A stretch of 63,837 nucleotides of DNA, the filler included, from Octopus bimaculoides (lineage: Eukaryota), in assembly GCF_001194135.2 (NCBI RefSeq). It is 6 parts of 6 records of this genome, joined end to end, with 100 filler letters (N's around TTAATTAATTAA, not from the genome) between each part and the next. Parts side by side here need not be neighbours in the genome. Positions count along the whole stretch, not along the records: positions 41,711 to 51,965 come from NC_069008.1; positions 52,066 to 61,340 come from NC_068985.1; positions 61,441 to 63,837 come from NC_068984.1; 3 more parts are not named here. One strand, written 5' to 3'. The position numbers were made by a program, and so were the translations under genes. The notes under the pieces are model-generated. The model was not told the origin of the DNA. It worked only from the letters and a program-made list of their open reading frames with translations, and did no database searches. Position 1 is the stretch's first letter. Every line of letters begins with the position of its first letter. Shown here in pieces: positions 50,571 through 63,593 of this stretch.

Positions 50571-50689
50571 AGTGTGGGATGCATGTACTTTTTATAGCTC
50601 CACTTCAACGGACGTCTATCATACAGCTTGTGACAATTCTCCACTCCTCACGTCATTCCCGTTAACACACGTAGACACACGCTGCTTCT

Positions 50690-51850
50690 CACCCCTTCCG
50701 TCTAGCTTAACTCCAGCGACGTCAACTCTCTCTCATAAACGCCAATTTCCACTCCTCACACTGCCCCTCTGAATAAACACGCACACAGACACACACATCC
50801 CCCACCTCTCTCTCTTTATGTCCCCCCCACCTCTTTTACGTCACCGACGTCAACTCTTGACGAACACCGTTAAACTCCACTACTCACTCTCCTTCAAACA
50901 CCCGTACACCCTTGCTCTGGCTCTCTATAGATCTATATTAAACTTCAACCCTCTGTCCGCTACTCACACCACCCCCTTTGAATATACAATGCCTATCTAT
51001 CTGTCTGTTTGTCTGTCTATGTCTATCTACCTATGCATAGCTCACCACTTCACGTCAATGACGTCGGCCTCCCCTCCTTACTTAACGAGCTTGTACTTCA
51101 CTCCTCACACCACTCTCTATAACATGTAACCAACTCTCTTTTCCCCCCTCGTTCCTCTCTCTGTCTCTACTCCCTATAATTACACTTACACCCCCACCCC
51201 TTTCCTTATTTCTCTCTCAATCTATTTATTTATTTATTTATCTATCTATCTATCTATAGCTCACCTCATTACGTCAAGCGACGTCGACTTGCGAGCGAAC
51301 CTCCGTCTGTCCTTACACCACACCTTATATTACACGGACACACACACACACACTTTCTCTCTTGTTCTTCCATTAAACTTCAACCCTCTCGCTTCAGTCT
51401 CCACTCGTCTCATTATTCCCTATAAATACACATCTTTCTCTTTCTAACTATCTGTCTATCGCTCACCTCTTTACGTCGAACGACGTCGGCCTGCCAGCAA
51501 CCCCGTGTCTTCAGTCCCCACACCACTCCCTATACTATATATATATATATATATATATATATCCATACGCGCTCGCACAGATACACATATAAGCACATAC
51601 AATTAGCTATGTCTGTCTCTCCTTCTCACTGTATTTCACCCTCTCTCTGTTGCTCTTTCGTTAAACTTCAATCTCTTCTCTGTTAGTCTCTTCTCCTCTC
51701 ACCACTCCTCAATAAAGATACAGCTCTCCCCCTCCGTCCCTGTCTTTCTCTCTCTCTCCCTCCCTATCTGTCTGTCTGTCGCTCTCTGCTGCTCCTTCCA
51801 TTAAATTTCTACCCTTCTCCGTCCACGCCTCACACCACTTCCTATAAAAT
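50690..51850. repeat. Degenerate ~210-bp tandem array carrying ACGTC-N3/4-GACGT
   Basis: Motif at 50838, 51052, 51271 and 51473; second landmark TTAAACTTCAACCCTCT at about 50938 and 51373, with variants at about 51661 and 51800. Confidence 0.8.
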
Positions 51851-51965
51851 ATACTCACACTTCCTCCACTCTCTCTTTCTCTTTCTCTCTCTCTCTCTCT
51901 TTCACTCTCACTCAGTCTATCTATCTATCTATCTATCTAATTCTATTTATCCATCTGTCTGTCTC

Positions 51966-52065
51966 NNNNNNNNNNNNNNNNNNNNNNNNNNNNNNNNNNN
52001 NNNNNNNNNTTAATTAATTAANNNNNNNNNNNNNNNNNNNNNNNNNNNNNNNNNNNNNNNNNNNN
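51966..52065. other. Artificial 100-bp scaffold join
   Basis: 44 N + TTAATTAATTAA + 44 N. Confidence 0.9.
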
Positions 52066-52249
52066 ATATATATATATATAGACATACATACACACTCGTA
52101 TAGAGATACATATATACACCTAATCATAACCCCACATATATATCTCCATACACATGTGTATATACAATTGCACATATATTTATTTATACATATTCTATAT
52201 TAAATATTGTAGAAGACTCATTCACAAAAACGAAAAACGATTGAGTATA

Positions 52250-53480
52250 TTGTCTATGCATTGAGATACACTAGTGCAATTTACGAGAAACCTGGATGTA
52301 GATTTTCATTCCCGAACCGACAGTACCAGGGTGTACCCATAAAGGGTAGCAGTGCTCTTCGGTTTCATCTGAGAGACATTCATATCCTCATCAATGCCAA
52401 TCTCCTGATACGGCATCGATTACAGATGAGTAAGAGCCAGGCTTTGAAAATTTGATGCCACCACACAATGATCAAGAGATAAAATCTTTGGACCCTTTAT
52501 TTTCAAGAATCTGAACTCACTTTACTTTTCAGGAACATTATTTGTATTCGTTAAAAAGAGTTCTTAGTTTCCAAAATTGTCCGCTGTTTGTCTCTGTTTT
52601 AAACTTCAATTCAATATCATTATCAAGCGTAATTTCCACAGGGCAAAACAAAACCAGCCATTAACGAAATACAAAGATAAATCAAGCAAAGATGAAAGAA
52701 AGAACCCGCTAATTTCTTTCAGAAGAAGCGCTCACAATCGTCATTATTAAAAAAGCACGGCAGGAATGGAAAAATAAGTTTTCCTGAGGACATGAAAACT
52801 TACAAATTACCATATGTCCGAAGTGATGAACTGAGTCAATAAAAATGTATGAAACGCAATGCAGGGCATTCTTCTCGACAAATACTCAGGATTACTGTTT
52901 AATTTATCACTCAATTTATTCCAAAGGAACTGCGGAGATACTGCGCAAACAACGTTTTTCATTCTTCACCCATTCCATGCATTTGCCATTCTTGGCAGTT
53001 TCAAGAAAGCATCCTGAACGCTTTATGCTTTATAATAGTTATTTATTCCAACATTATCGCATCAACAACTAAACCTGAATATTAATCTGTAATAGCTTTT
53101 TAAGGAATACCGATGCGAAATTGTGTCCAGTTTAAATAATCTCTGCAGATATTTCCAAGACGCAGGTCATATTTCCGATTCCACAGTATTCTATCTATCT
53201 CCACAAAATGCAGTGAAGACGCGTCCTCGTTACCAATCTTTCGATCTTAGTTAACAAAGTTTTGTTAAGTTGATGACTAACTAACTTCCTTGAGAACAAC
53301 AATTCTTATATGAACGTGTATGTAATGGAAAACACTGCTTAACACAGTTCTGCATCTCTTCATTGTAAGTGTGAAAGTTTTAAGAGATGGTAGATGAAGT
53401 GAAATGGTATATATTGACTTCACTAAGACAGATTTACCGTCACAAAATTGTGACTGGGTCTCAACGGAGACATCCACGTT
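52250..53480 (+). mobile_element. Ancient CR1/L2-type LINE ORF2 remnant
   Basis: Motifs in the expected order: VPIKGSSAL (PTRG..LD, end of endonuclease), KARQEWKNK, TNFLENNN...NGKHCLTQ (HLExNxL...RKGRSCLT) and EMVYIDFTK (DVVYLDFSKAF, start of RT). Confidence 0.55.
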
Positions 53481-56279
53481 TTTCTCTTGCAACATTTGAA
53501 CTCGTGAGCCACTTAATTGATTTTGCAGTTAAGTAAAGTACAACATATTGTGAACGATTTTATACTATAAAGACCCGTAAAAATCGATAGAAGGAATAAT
53601 ATTGACCAACCGCGTCACAATATACATATATGACTTCACAAATGTAATATGATACGCAATTAGATATAATTGCAGATGGTTTATACTATCGGATTGCTAT
53701 CAACAGACTAAATAAAACACAAATTCTATGTAACAAAATATGGAAAAAAAACCAAAACACAGAACGTTATTAAATGAAGTAAAAATTGATTTCCTTTCAT
53801 GAAGAAAAGACGTGTTTAACGACTGCATTCTCTCAAGAGATTTACTGAAGACTTCGATTGGCGTTTCTAAATTGAAATGTTATATACCACATGACATGGA
53901 GTGACTACATCTCTAAAAACGGTGATGTGATCAGGAAAGTGAGATCACAGTTTCCTGGTGTAGAAAGCTACACATCGCCATCATTGACTGTCCGTCGGTT
54001 GATCGTCCATGCGTGTAATGAGAATGATTTTCGTAAGACAAGGACATGAGAGTTACGTCGAATTATATATTTCTTTTGCACAAGAATCCGTAAAGTAATG
54101 TTCCATGAGGTATAAGTCGAAGACAATTCACATGTACTTCTGATTATATTTTATGCGAAACTCGAAACGGTATTCGCTTGTTCCAAAAAACATCGGTGAG
54201 ATACTGTTCAGTTCTGTAGCGATAGGGAAGCAGTACGTATTGAAACCGGTATATATACAGAAAAAAGAACTCATGTTCGCTAAAATACACAATTATTGAG
54301 AATTTTACTGAATTTTTACCGCAGAATCTGCCTCGTAAATCATTTCGAGTGAAGCAGACTATATATATACGAACACATACGAACACATACAATTTTATAA
54401 CAGTGACATCTATGCCATGCACAAGTTTCTGCATTTGTGACTGTTTGTACATGTACACCCACACATACAAAGACACACACACACACACACACGCACACAT
54501 ACACACACGCACACACACACACACACACAGACAAAGATACACATATGTATATACATAGATAAAGATGGGGAGAGATAGAGGGATGTGTATATTGATAAAT
54601 ATATCCAAGTTTTTTTCTTTACTTTTTTACCATTAGTGCATATGCATTTGCGCCCAATTCAAATTTTGCTAACAGTTTTTTGTGCATTTAATTTTACCGT
54701 TATATTTCTTAACAGATGAGGACAGTAATTTTAAATTGACGAAAGAAAAAAGTGGTGAAGAAAGCAAACATCAAAAACATTCCCAAGAGAAAAGATATGA
54801 AACATGACGAAAATACCGAAAATATAATTAACTGATAAGCCATTGCGAAATAACATTAACTACGCAGTTATGTATTTAAAGTGTTGTATGGCGACACATA
54901 GCCATGTAAGTCTTTAAAAGTAACGATTAAATTATGTAGAATGGGGGTTGGTAAATGGTGGACTTAACTGGATTTTCAAATTGATATGGCTATTAATTTG
55001 GTGATCTTTAGTCATCTTTAACGGATGATTGATGGCTGTACTATGAAGCTGTCATCTCATAAGCAAGCAACACATTCATTTCCATTAAAATTCTTTTCCT
55101 CAGCGCTAACCTTATGAAGACGTCTACAAACTATGGGGTGAGAAGTTCAGCTGTTATAGGTTCTACTATCATACTTGATACATGAGAAATCTATTTCTAT
55201 ATGATATCTCACGGCAACGACTACATCTATCACACCCACCATCACCACCTCCACCACTGCTGTGTGACGACTCTTTACCAAAGACAGCCATTACCGCCAC
55301 TCATGTCTTATGTTACTACTAAATATATCGGTTTCTAGTTTCCAGTTTTAATGCGATGGGAGATTTGTGAAATCAGACAGTAGCAACACACACTTTTTAA
55401 AATTATTTTAGGCAGAAGAAATACAGAGAAGGTAATTATTATTTTAATGAAGATAGGTCAGTTCACTTGTGACTATTTTCATTAAATCATTATATAAAAT
55501 CATAGCGAAAAGATGTTCAGTCGGTGCTGTTAAACCCCTTCGTTCCTAATAGTCTCCCGGTGCAAACTATAGCTGGGATGGAAGGTGCACTGTAATAAAA
55601 AGAGATTCATTACCTTCCCACTCATAGTTACACTCGTTTTGTTTAGTCGATACAATAATATATGTGTAGAATGTAGCGTGTGTATTTAAAGGACGCTCAA
55701 CAGATTTTTACAGTGCGTGTGGCATTGTGTTTTCTTAAGTATCAACAGGGGTAGCAATAGGTAAGAATGGCACCACTTTATTTAGTTTTCTATTAGAGTT
55801 CGTTACATTTCTACGTAACCTTACCGTTCATGATCCCCTTACATTCGCACATATGTATGTCACGAAATTCTCCGACTTCCGTTGTTAGCACCATTTTATG
55901 TTAACGTAGCTTTCAGTGACACAGGATTATAGCAGTCTATAATCTGGTTATTAGGATTTCTCTTACCATAGTCTACAATGTGGGTTTCTTTGTGTATTAC
56001 AATTGTTGGTCGCTGATTCAAGAAGTTGAACAACAACAGAGAGACGTCCGTTATCGTCGCATTGTTGGTGAATCTGATATTATTAGGAGTATGTTAATAC
56101 TGCCGCCGGTGAATGAAGCCCATATGGTTTGAAAATGATAGAAAAAAAATATTCTCTCTAAAAGAATCTTCGATAACATTAAATTGACAGCATACATATC
56201 GATGTTGCATATTATGTTATCGAGGTAGTTGTATTGAATCACCAATCAATACCGAAAAACTGATAACTCCTTAGCATAA

Positions 56280-56405
56280 TGTCGTGGCTCTACGTCTTTA
56301 CGACGACGGGGATTCCAGTTGATCCGATCAACGGAACAGTCTATTCGTGAAATTAACTTTCAAGCACTCCACAGATACGCGTACCGTTGACGCAGTTCTC
56401 GGGTG
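56280..56405 (+). mobile_element. Repeat family D
   Basis: TTACGACGACGGGGATTCCAGTTGATCCGATCAACGGAACAG matches 16248-16373. Confidence 0.8.
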
Positions 56406-56449
56406 AGATACGACGCTGATATCATAATATATGTCACTTTATTAATAAT

Positions 56450-56970
56450 GCAAATTACTATACTTCAAATTGTTTTGTTTCGTTTTTTACAGGTTTTTTG
56501 TTCTCACCTTTCTTCCTTTCTTTATTCTCGTGCGTTAAGAGTTATCTTATTGCGCTCCTTCCAAATATTCCTATTCTTTAAAATCTCAGAGAACAAGTCT
56601 ATTTTTCTTCTACAGCGCAAAATGCCTATTTACATGTCATTTGTTCCACAAACAATCCTGAAACGTATTTCTCTAATCATGTTTAATTGTCCAATGGCGG
56701 ATATCACCATTAATTGTTCTCATATCATGTGTTATCACAAAAGTATAGAATATTGATATTCTCGTTATCATGGTATGTAAAATGCGCATGATCCCTTTGT
56801 CTTACTTCGAATTCGTGAAGTTTGTCACTTTTCAGAATATATCTCTGAAGTCTTCTATCGGTATATTCGTGTGGATTGTACTAGGTATAGATGTGCTTGG
56901 CACATCCTTTCTAAAAGACCTCATATCCTTCCTCAAACGATGGACTTTGCAATTTGTACGATTGTCTATT
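56450..56970 (-). mobile_element. Possible L1/Tx1-like ORF2 C-terminal remnant
   Basis: Minus-strand RNIWKERNKI resembles the IWKERN motif; strand-asymmetric A-richness. Rests on one short motif. Confidence 0.3.
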
Positions 56971-57599
56971 AACTAGAGCAAAGCATGTCACGAAAATATA
57001 ATTATGAGGATATATATATATATATATATATANNNNNNNNNNNNNNNNNNNNNNNNNNNNNNNNNNNNNNNNNNNNNNNNNNNNNNNNNNNNNNNNNNNN
57101 NNNNNNNNNNNNNNNNNNNNNNNNNNNNNNNNNNNNNNNNNNNNNNNNNNNNNNNNNNNNNNNNNNNNNNNNNNNNNNNNNNNNNNNNNNNNNNNNNNNN
57201 NNNNNNNNNNNNNNNNNNNNNNNNNNNTATATATATATAATTGTTTTGCTATAATCATAATACAACTGATCTCTTAATTATTCTTTTGAAGCGTTCCGTT
57301 ACTCTAACATAATGAGAATATCTTGGAAAAGTACGATGATGCACAATTACATCTGCCATTGAGGATTTCCATGGTCACTCGCTTCATAGATAATGCGTCA
57401 TTATTTGACACTATCTCGCTTGGCTCGCGAAGGTCATTTTACCTGATTTCACTACTCCTGTCAGTTATCCCATCTGTCTTTTATCCCACGTTGTAGACTA
57501 TCGTAACAGAAATATTAACTACCAGATTATAGACCTCTATATTCCTGTGTTTAGTGCCAGCTACGTTAATACAAAATAGTGTTAACAAAGGAAGTCGGA

Positions 57600-57830
57600 T
57601 AAATTCAGACATACATATATGCAATAACACTGGGGCATTAACATTAAAGCTGTGGTAGAAATCTCCTGCAAATATCTAGAAATAGAGCAATGAATCTGAA
57701 AGTAAACAATATCAATGAGAAGGATTGTTGAAACAGGTAAACCACCAGCGATAGCAGTATCCTCGGTAAATGAAAAATTGAGGATCACTTGTTTAAAAAC
57801 ATACTAGATCTATAAGTACCGAAACGGTGC
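57600..57830 (+). mobile_element. Possible ancient RTE reverse-transcriptase remnant
   Basis: RAMNLKVNNINEKD and VNEKLR..FKNILD resemble GLxINxxKTK and NGExLExVxxFKYLG. Confidence 0.35.
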
Positions 57831-58609
57831 AACCCAATCTAGGGGCAACCCAATCGGTTGGGAATTAAGGCCAAGCTAATTACAAAACACAATCAAACGC
57901 TTCAAATGATGGATCTATTTGCTGAATTAGTTTCGAATACACGAAATAAATAGATTTTCAGGACCAGTCTAATATTGATCATTTTTTTCTGTCTGGTGAG
58001 TGTTAACATAGGGTTAAATATCAATAGTAGCTTACTCTATATGTTAATAGACAACGCGATGCTAGATTCCCTGAGAGGGAGAAAGGGGGGTAGTTTTCTT
58101 TCTTTCGAATTTAATATGTGAATTATATGTCGAGTCAGCGGAAAATCCTGCTACACGAAAACAACAGAAATAATCGGATAATCAACAATTTTAATAGTGT
58201 TGGATATTTTATTTCATTTGGTAAAGAGACAATAGAGAAATTAAAATCGGAATATAATCAATCAATGTTTTATATGATTGTATAGCTGTTAGTACATCAG
58301 GAAATGAAAACTAAATGAGAAAGAAATATACGTTTGCCTGCCAGAACTACTACGCTATTAGATGCAATCAGCGATGTTGTCAGTTACTATTCTAACTGCA
58401 TGTGCTTGATAATATACATTGATCGAATTCAACAGATGAATTCGCTATTAAAATATGAGTACTATTTTAATTCTTACTTTGGGTATGTTTAAGTGAACAT
58501 AATTTTTAGACAGATTTCATGGATACCATATCTGCAAAATGAGAATCTAGGCAAAACAAACTTCAGAAGATTGTCAAAATATATCTACATATAGTTCATA
58601 AACATATAT

Positions 58610-58730
58610 GGACGGGCAAGGCCATTACATCGACCACACTTTTCAATTGGTACTTAATTTATCGACTACAAAAGAATGAAACGCAAAGTGGAATCTAAAA
58701 ACCGGACGACGAGCCGCTAAGCATTCGACA
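58610..58730 (-). mobile_element. SINE family A, degenerate
   Basis: ATTACATCGACC...TGGTACTTAATTTATCGAC...GCCGCTAAGCATT. Confidence 0.7.
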
Positions 58731-59024
58731 GAATGTTATATATTTCCAATGAAAGGCCACTGTCACGAATTACATGCTATGTCATAAGCAATTCATTGAC
58801 GTGTGTGAATGTTTGACTCTTTTGAATGAAAAGATCAAAGCAGCTAGTGACAAAAAATATTTCACATTTCTGTATTACATGTTTCAACGTAATAAAGCAG
58901 AGCATCTGTATATAATAGGGTTATAAGGGGCTGGGCGTAAGATCGTGCTAAAAACATTATGAAAATTATTTCGTGTCTCGAGAACGAATATGCTGGTTTT
59001 CTCGTTGATGTTTATAATTCTTTT

Positions 59025-59215
59025 TTATATTTTGAACTTGATTCAGTCATTAGACTGCAGCCATGCTGGACTTCAGGCTTCAATAATTTTTATTCAAATG
59101 AAGTGATTCAACTCCGGTACTTAATTTTTAAAAGCCTGGTGCCTATTCTATTCAGCTATTTTTTTCCGAAACCCAAAATTAGTGGGGCTTAAACACACCA
59201 GCACTGTTTGTCAAT
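59025..59215 (-). mobile_element. SINE family B 3' part, degenerate
   Basis: CAGTCATTAGACTGCAGCCATGCTGG...GCCTGGTGCCTATTCTATTC...AAACACACCAGCAC. Confidence 0.7.
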
Positions 59216-59264
59216 TGTGAAGAGGAAGTGGAGGACAAACAGAGACAGGAAAATACACACACTT

Positions 59265-59755
59265 TATTAGCACGCCGGGCAAGATATATTTAGCGTCATT
59301 TCGTCTGTTTTTATGTCCTGCGTTCAAATTCTGCCGTAGTCGATTTTGCCTGTCATCCTCTCCCAGTGGATTATATAAGTCCCAGTTGAATGCTAATTTC
59401 GGTGTTATCAACTAAACTCCGCCCCACACTAAATTTCTGGCTTACTGCCAAAATTTAAAACCAACTATTACATATTTCGTTGAGGAAAGACAAGATGATA
59501 GGTTATCTGGATATTAGAGAGACATGCTGACGCAATTTCTATCTATTCATAACATGAATGCCTATACCGATATAGAAAGATATTCAGAGGACTATTTGGG
59601 AGAATTGAAAGCACCCCGGGCCAAATTCTTAGTCGCATGTCTTCTGCCTGTACGTTTTGAGTTAAAATTCAATCGAGGACGATTTGCCTTTCATTCTTTC
59701 GGCGTCGATAAAACAAGTACCAGTCACGCACTGGGGTCGACGCCAACCCCACTCC
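59265..59755 (+). mobile_element. Two degenerate SINE family A copies (about 59265-59465 and 59610-59755)
   Basis: TAGCACGCCGGGCAAG...GTTCAAATTCTGCC; second copy GGCGTCGATAAAACAAGTACCAGTCACGCACTGGGGTCGA. Confidence 0.75.
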
Positions 59756-60919
59756 GATATTGATGGCATTGTAACAATTTCAAGCCAACATGTAAATACG
59801 TCGCCAAGGAAAAACAAATTCACTGGATTCGCTAGTGATATGAGACAATCCACTGCATAGTTTACGTCCACACAACTCAATTAGTCTGTGTGAATATACT
59901 AAAGGAGGTATACACTGGGATCGAACTAAAAGCGACATAGATATGAAATGAAATACTTAACAACCGATATTTCGGCACCCACGCTGCAGAATTAGCTGCT
60001 TCAACATTGTGATCGTCAGCAGAGTGTAATGAACTATTCAGTCACAACAAAATCATACAGAGTAATTAATATTTTTCGTCTGGAAATGTCATATATAATT
60101 AATTTTAACGCAGCTCGAATATCTCTTATTTATTTAGAACTTTCAAATTATTTACGAATTCTTGACGTCTGTTATATAATTTTAACATGATATCAGTTTT
60201 AAAAAATAATAAAATGTCTAAATTATTCTTTGTCTCTCTTAATTGTGTAGCCTAATCAGTGAACAAGTGACATCTTGGCAACAAGTTTAGGTCTTAACAT
60301 CAACAGGAAATATTGATTGCTTTAAAATATAAGATATATACGAAAACGTTTGATTTATCTATTAAAATGTGGCGTCAAGGAGATTGAATCGACGAATGCA
60401 ATTATAACAACTGATGATTTCAAATCTGATTCTCATCTATAGATAATGTAATGAATGGTAGGTGTATCTAGAGATAGTGCAACGAACAGTAGGATACGGA
60501 TATTATTTAAAGTGAAAAAATAATTATTTCTTTCGCAGTTATCAAAATATATATATATATATATATATTTTAAACGGATTGTTATTTCAAAGCAATTTCA
60601 ATGTGTAGCTTCTGAAACCTAAACGTGTGTTCGTACTACACACGTACGCGTACAAATGCACACACAAAAACACAAGCACGCACATACTGGCAGACATACG
60701 TTGACACATTCATTCAACGCGTAGTCATAAGTATGATGTATGAAATTCCATACGCATTTCATACGCGACTTCGTTTTTCAAATACCTGATGCAGCATACC
60801 TCCAGTTTTCTTACGACGTAGAGAAATGCATATCTTTCTGTATTCATATATATATACATATATACATATATAAACATACATAATACATACATACATACAT
60901 AAATACAAACATACATACA

Positions 60920-60955
<36 letters not shown>

Positions 60956-61340
60956 TACAGAGAGATATGTATACATGAACACACAAGCACACGTGTATAT
61001 TTATATCTACATCTATCTATCTCACCATATATCTATATGTGAGTTCTTGTTTGTTTGTTTGTGTCTGTGTGTAGGGAAGGGGGGGCTCATGTGTGTGTCC
61101 AACCAAACTCGTGCGAGTGTGTGTTTTGGAAAGTATGGTTCGTCAGGTATAGTAAAATATTTCTAGCACTTCCGCTATCAGTTCTAAAACTCCTGTAGGT
61201 CACCCCGTCTCGTTCGTTCTGACTCTAAATTAAGGTGACAAACCAAAGAACCGCAAGAATCGCATGTATGTGTACGAATATAATATATATTTGCAAGCGC
61301 TTGTATGTGTACGTGTGTGTATATATATATATATATATAT

Positions 61341-61440
61341 NNNNNNNNNNNNNNNNNNNNNNNNNNNNNNNNNNNNNNNNNNNNTTAATTAATTAANNNN
61401 NNNNNNNNNNNNNNNNNNNNNNNNNNNNNNNNNNNNNNNN
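61341..61440. other. Artificial 100-bp scaffold join
   Basis: 44 N + TTAATTAATTAA + 44 N. Confidence 0.9.
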
Positions 61441-62033
61441 CTGTTAAAATACGGATTTCTTAAACGGTCGAGAGCAACATACCTGAAAAGGGTGTGGATT
61501 TTACAATGTATGATTGATTAACACCTACCCAAACTGACCTAACACCGAAGTTATTTCAAAATGGTTAAAAAAAAAAAAGTAGGCAGAATTGTTCAAACCG
61601 CCCAGCCCACGTATACACTCACTCACTCGCTCACTCATCGAGGTTTCTATTATAAAAGAAAACAAACAAAAATTTTGTGAATGGAAAGTTTCAACCATTG
61701 AAACATCTAGTTAAGGATTGGTAGTATCCTCCGCCTCCTCACCTCCGCCCACCACTACCACCAACACAACCATCGCCGCTACCGCTGCTGCAGCCGCCTC
61801 CTCCGCTGTCGCCATCGTTACTACCACCCTCCATGCCTTTAAATGAAGGAAATCTATTGAAATTTTGTATTAATTAATCATAGGAAGTTGTGAATATTAA
61901 TTCAATGTAGATTTGCAAAAAAAAAAAAAAGAGACAGAGAGAGAATAACAAATTATCTGACTGGTCATCATTCCAGGATTTTAAACTTACTTCCTGCTAA
62001 AGATGAATTAAAGTAGCAACAGAAACGGTGGCG

Positions 62034-62072
<39 letters not shown>

Positions 62073-62074
62073 TA

Positions 62075-62250
62075 AATGGGGGGCAGCGGATGACAAGATC
62101 GGTAGAGCAACGGACAAAATTGCCTCGCGATTATATAACATAGGTATGGTCATTTACTTTTTTTCTAAATTCAAATCCCGCCGCTGAGGTCAGCATGACT
62201 TTTTTGATTTTAGGGATCGATAAAATAAGATCTGATAAGCATCGGGGTCA
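62075..62250 (+). mobile_element. SINE family A, degenerate
   Basis: TTCAAATCCCGCC...GGGATCGATAAAATAAG. Confidence 0.6.
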
Positions 62251-62286
62251 GTCTGGTTGCCTTATTCACTCTTCCTACTCCTCCTC

Positions 62287-62329
<43 letters not shown>

Positions 62330-62446
62330 CATTTCAACGTTTCTGTTTTTCTTGCGCTTATTAAAATAGAAAACTTTGTGTCAAGACACACTAAGATAGG
62401 AAATTGAAAGAAAACCACCTTTACTAAGTATAATATATTCTCTACT

Positions 62447-62617
<171 letters not shown>

Positions 62618-63593
62618 AGCCCCATGTCATTTCTGATCCAAACCGTCTTATAACCAAATAGTTTTACAGCTCTGCTCATCCCAGTTTATTTCAGGGTTTC
62701 TTATGAGTTCATCAGTCACTATATTACTATAATATGTCACAACAGAACAACTTAAATGTGAGTCTGACTACAAAGTTGCTCAGTATGTTAGAAATAGTAA
62801 CCAAATGTCCCTCATATTACACCTGACCATTTCTTTATAAAAAAAAAAAGACACACACACACAGAAAGATATACCCCATGGTACACTATTTTTGCTATTA
62901 TTTTTGTTATTTAGACTTTATTTTATTCATTTATTTGGGTTCTAAACAACAAAAGACGAAATGGTCATGATTAAACTTCCTTTGCTTATAGATCTATTCG
63001 GTCAGGGCCGTTTGGGGCTTAAACAACAACGAAAATAATTTTTTTTTAATAATAATACAGGAACATCTAGAAGAAAAGTGACCCAAGGGTATATTCCGAA
63101 GACCCAGTTCTCGGTGACACAAAATGCAAATAACGGTGACTTGATGTTGACAAGGAACCTAGCAAATTTCTGTGGAAGTTCTATATCGCCGACTTAATCG
63201 TTTACCAGTATATTACCGGTATGTATTGGTTACACTACGCTTCCCTCGTCCAACCGAAGTGTTAGAGACTAAACAAAGACCTCCTTGGCGGGATCTTAGA
63301 TTAAAGGTATTAACAGGCTGAACTTAGTGCGGTTAATTATACTGTTTAAAGTCTAAACAACACACACTCACACACACACAACCACAACCACAGCCACACA
63401 CACAACTATACACGCCCACACACGACTACACACACACACACACATAACAGGATACAACCATACACACATACAACCTCCCCACCACACAAACACAAACACA
63501 TTCATATACAAAACTACACTCACACACACACACACACACAATCACACACACACATACCATCACTTACACATACACACACCATCACTCGCCATA

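Noticed and set aside
50690-51850. CRISPR-like appearance (recurrent palindromic motif with spacers)
   Set aside because: Eukaryotic context, repeats are short and degenerate, spacers are ~200 bp and mutually homologous, and there are no cas genes.
55918-56133. Stop-free + frame ...LIQEVEQQQRDVRYRRIVGESDIIRSMLILPP
   Set aside because: About 70 codons with no upstream start, weak splice signals and no recognisable family; may be old TE debris.
57826-57870. GCAACCCAATC direct repeat with a small CCCAA/TTGGG inversion
   Set aside because: An 11-bp local duplication; too short to interpret.
62685-62720. Minus-strand CTGATGA-ACTCATAA-GAAAC
   Set aside because: No stem II can form and no NUH site pairs with stem III.
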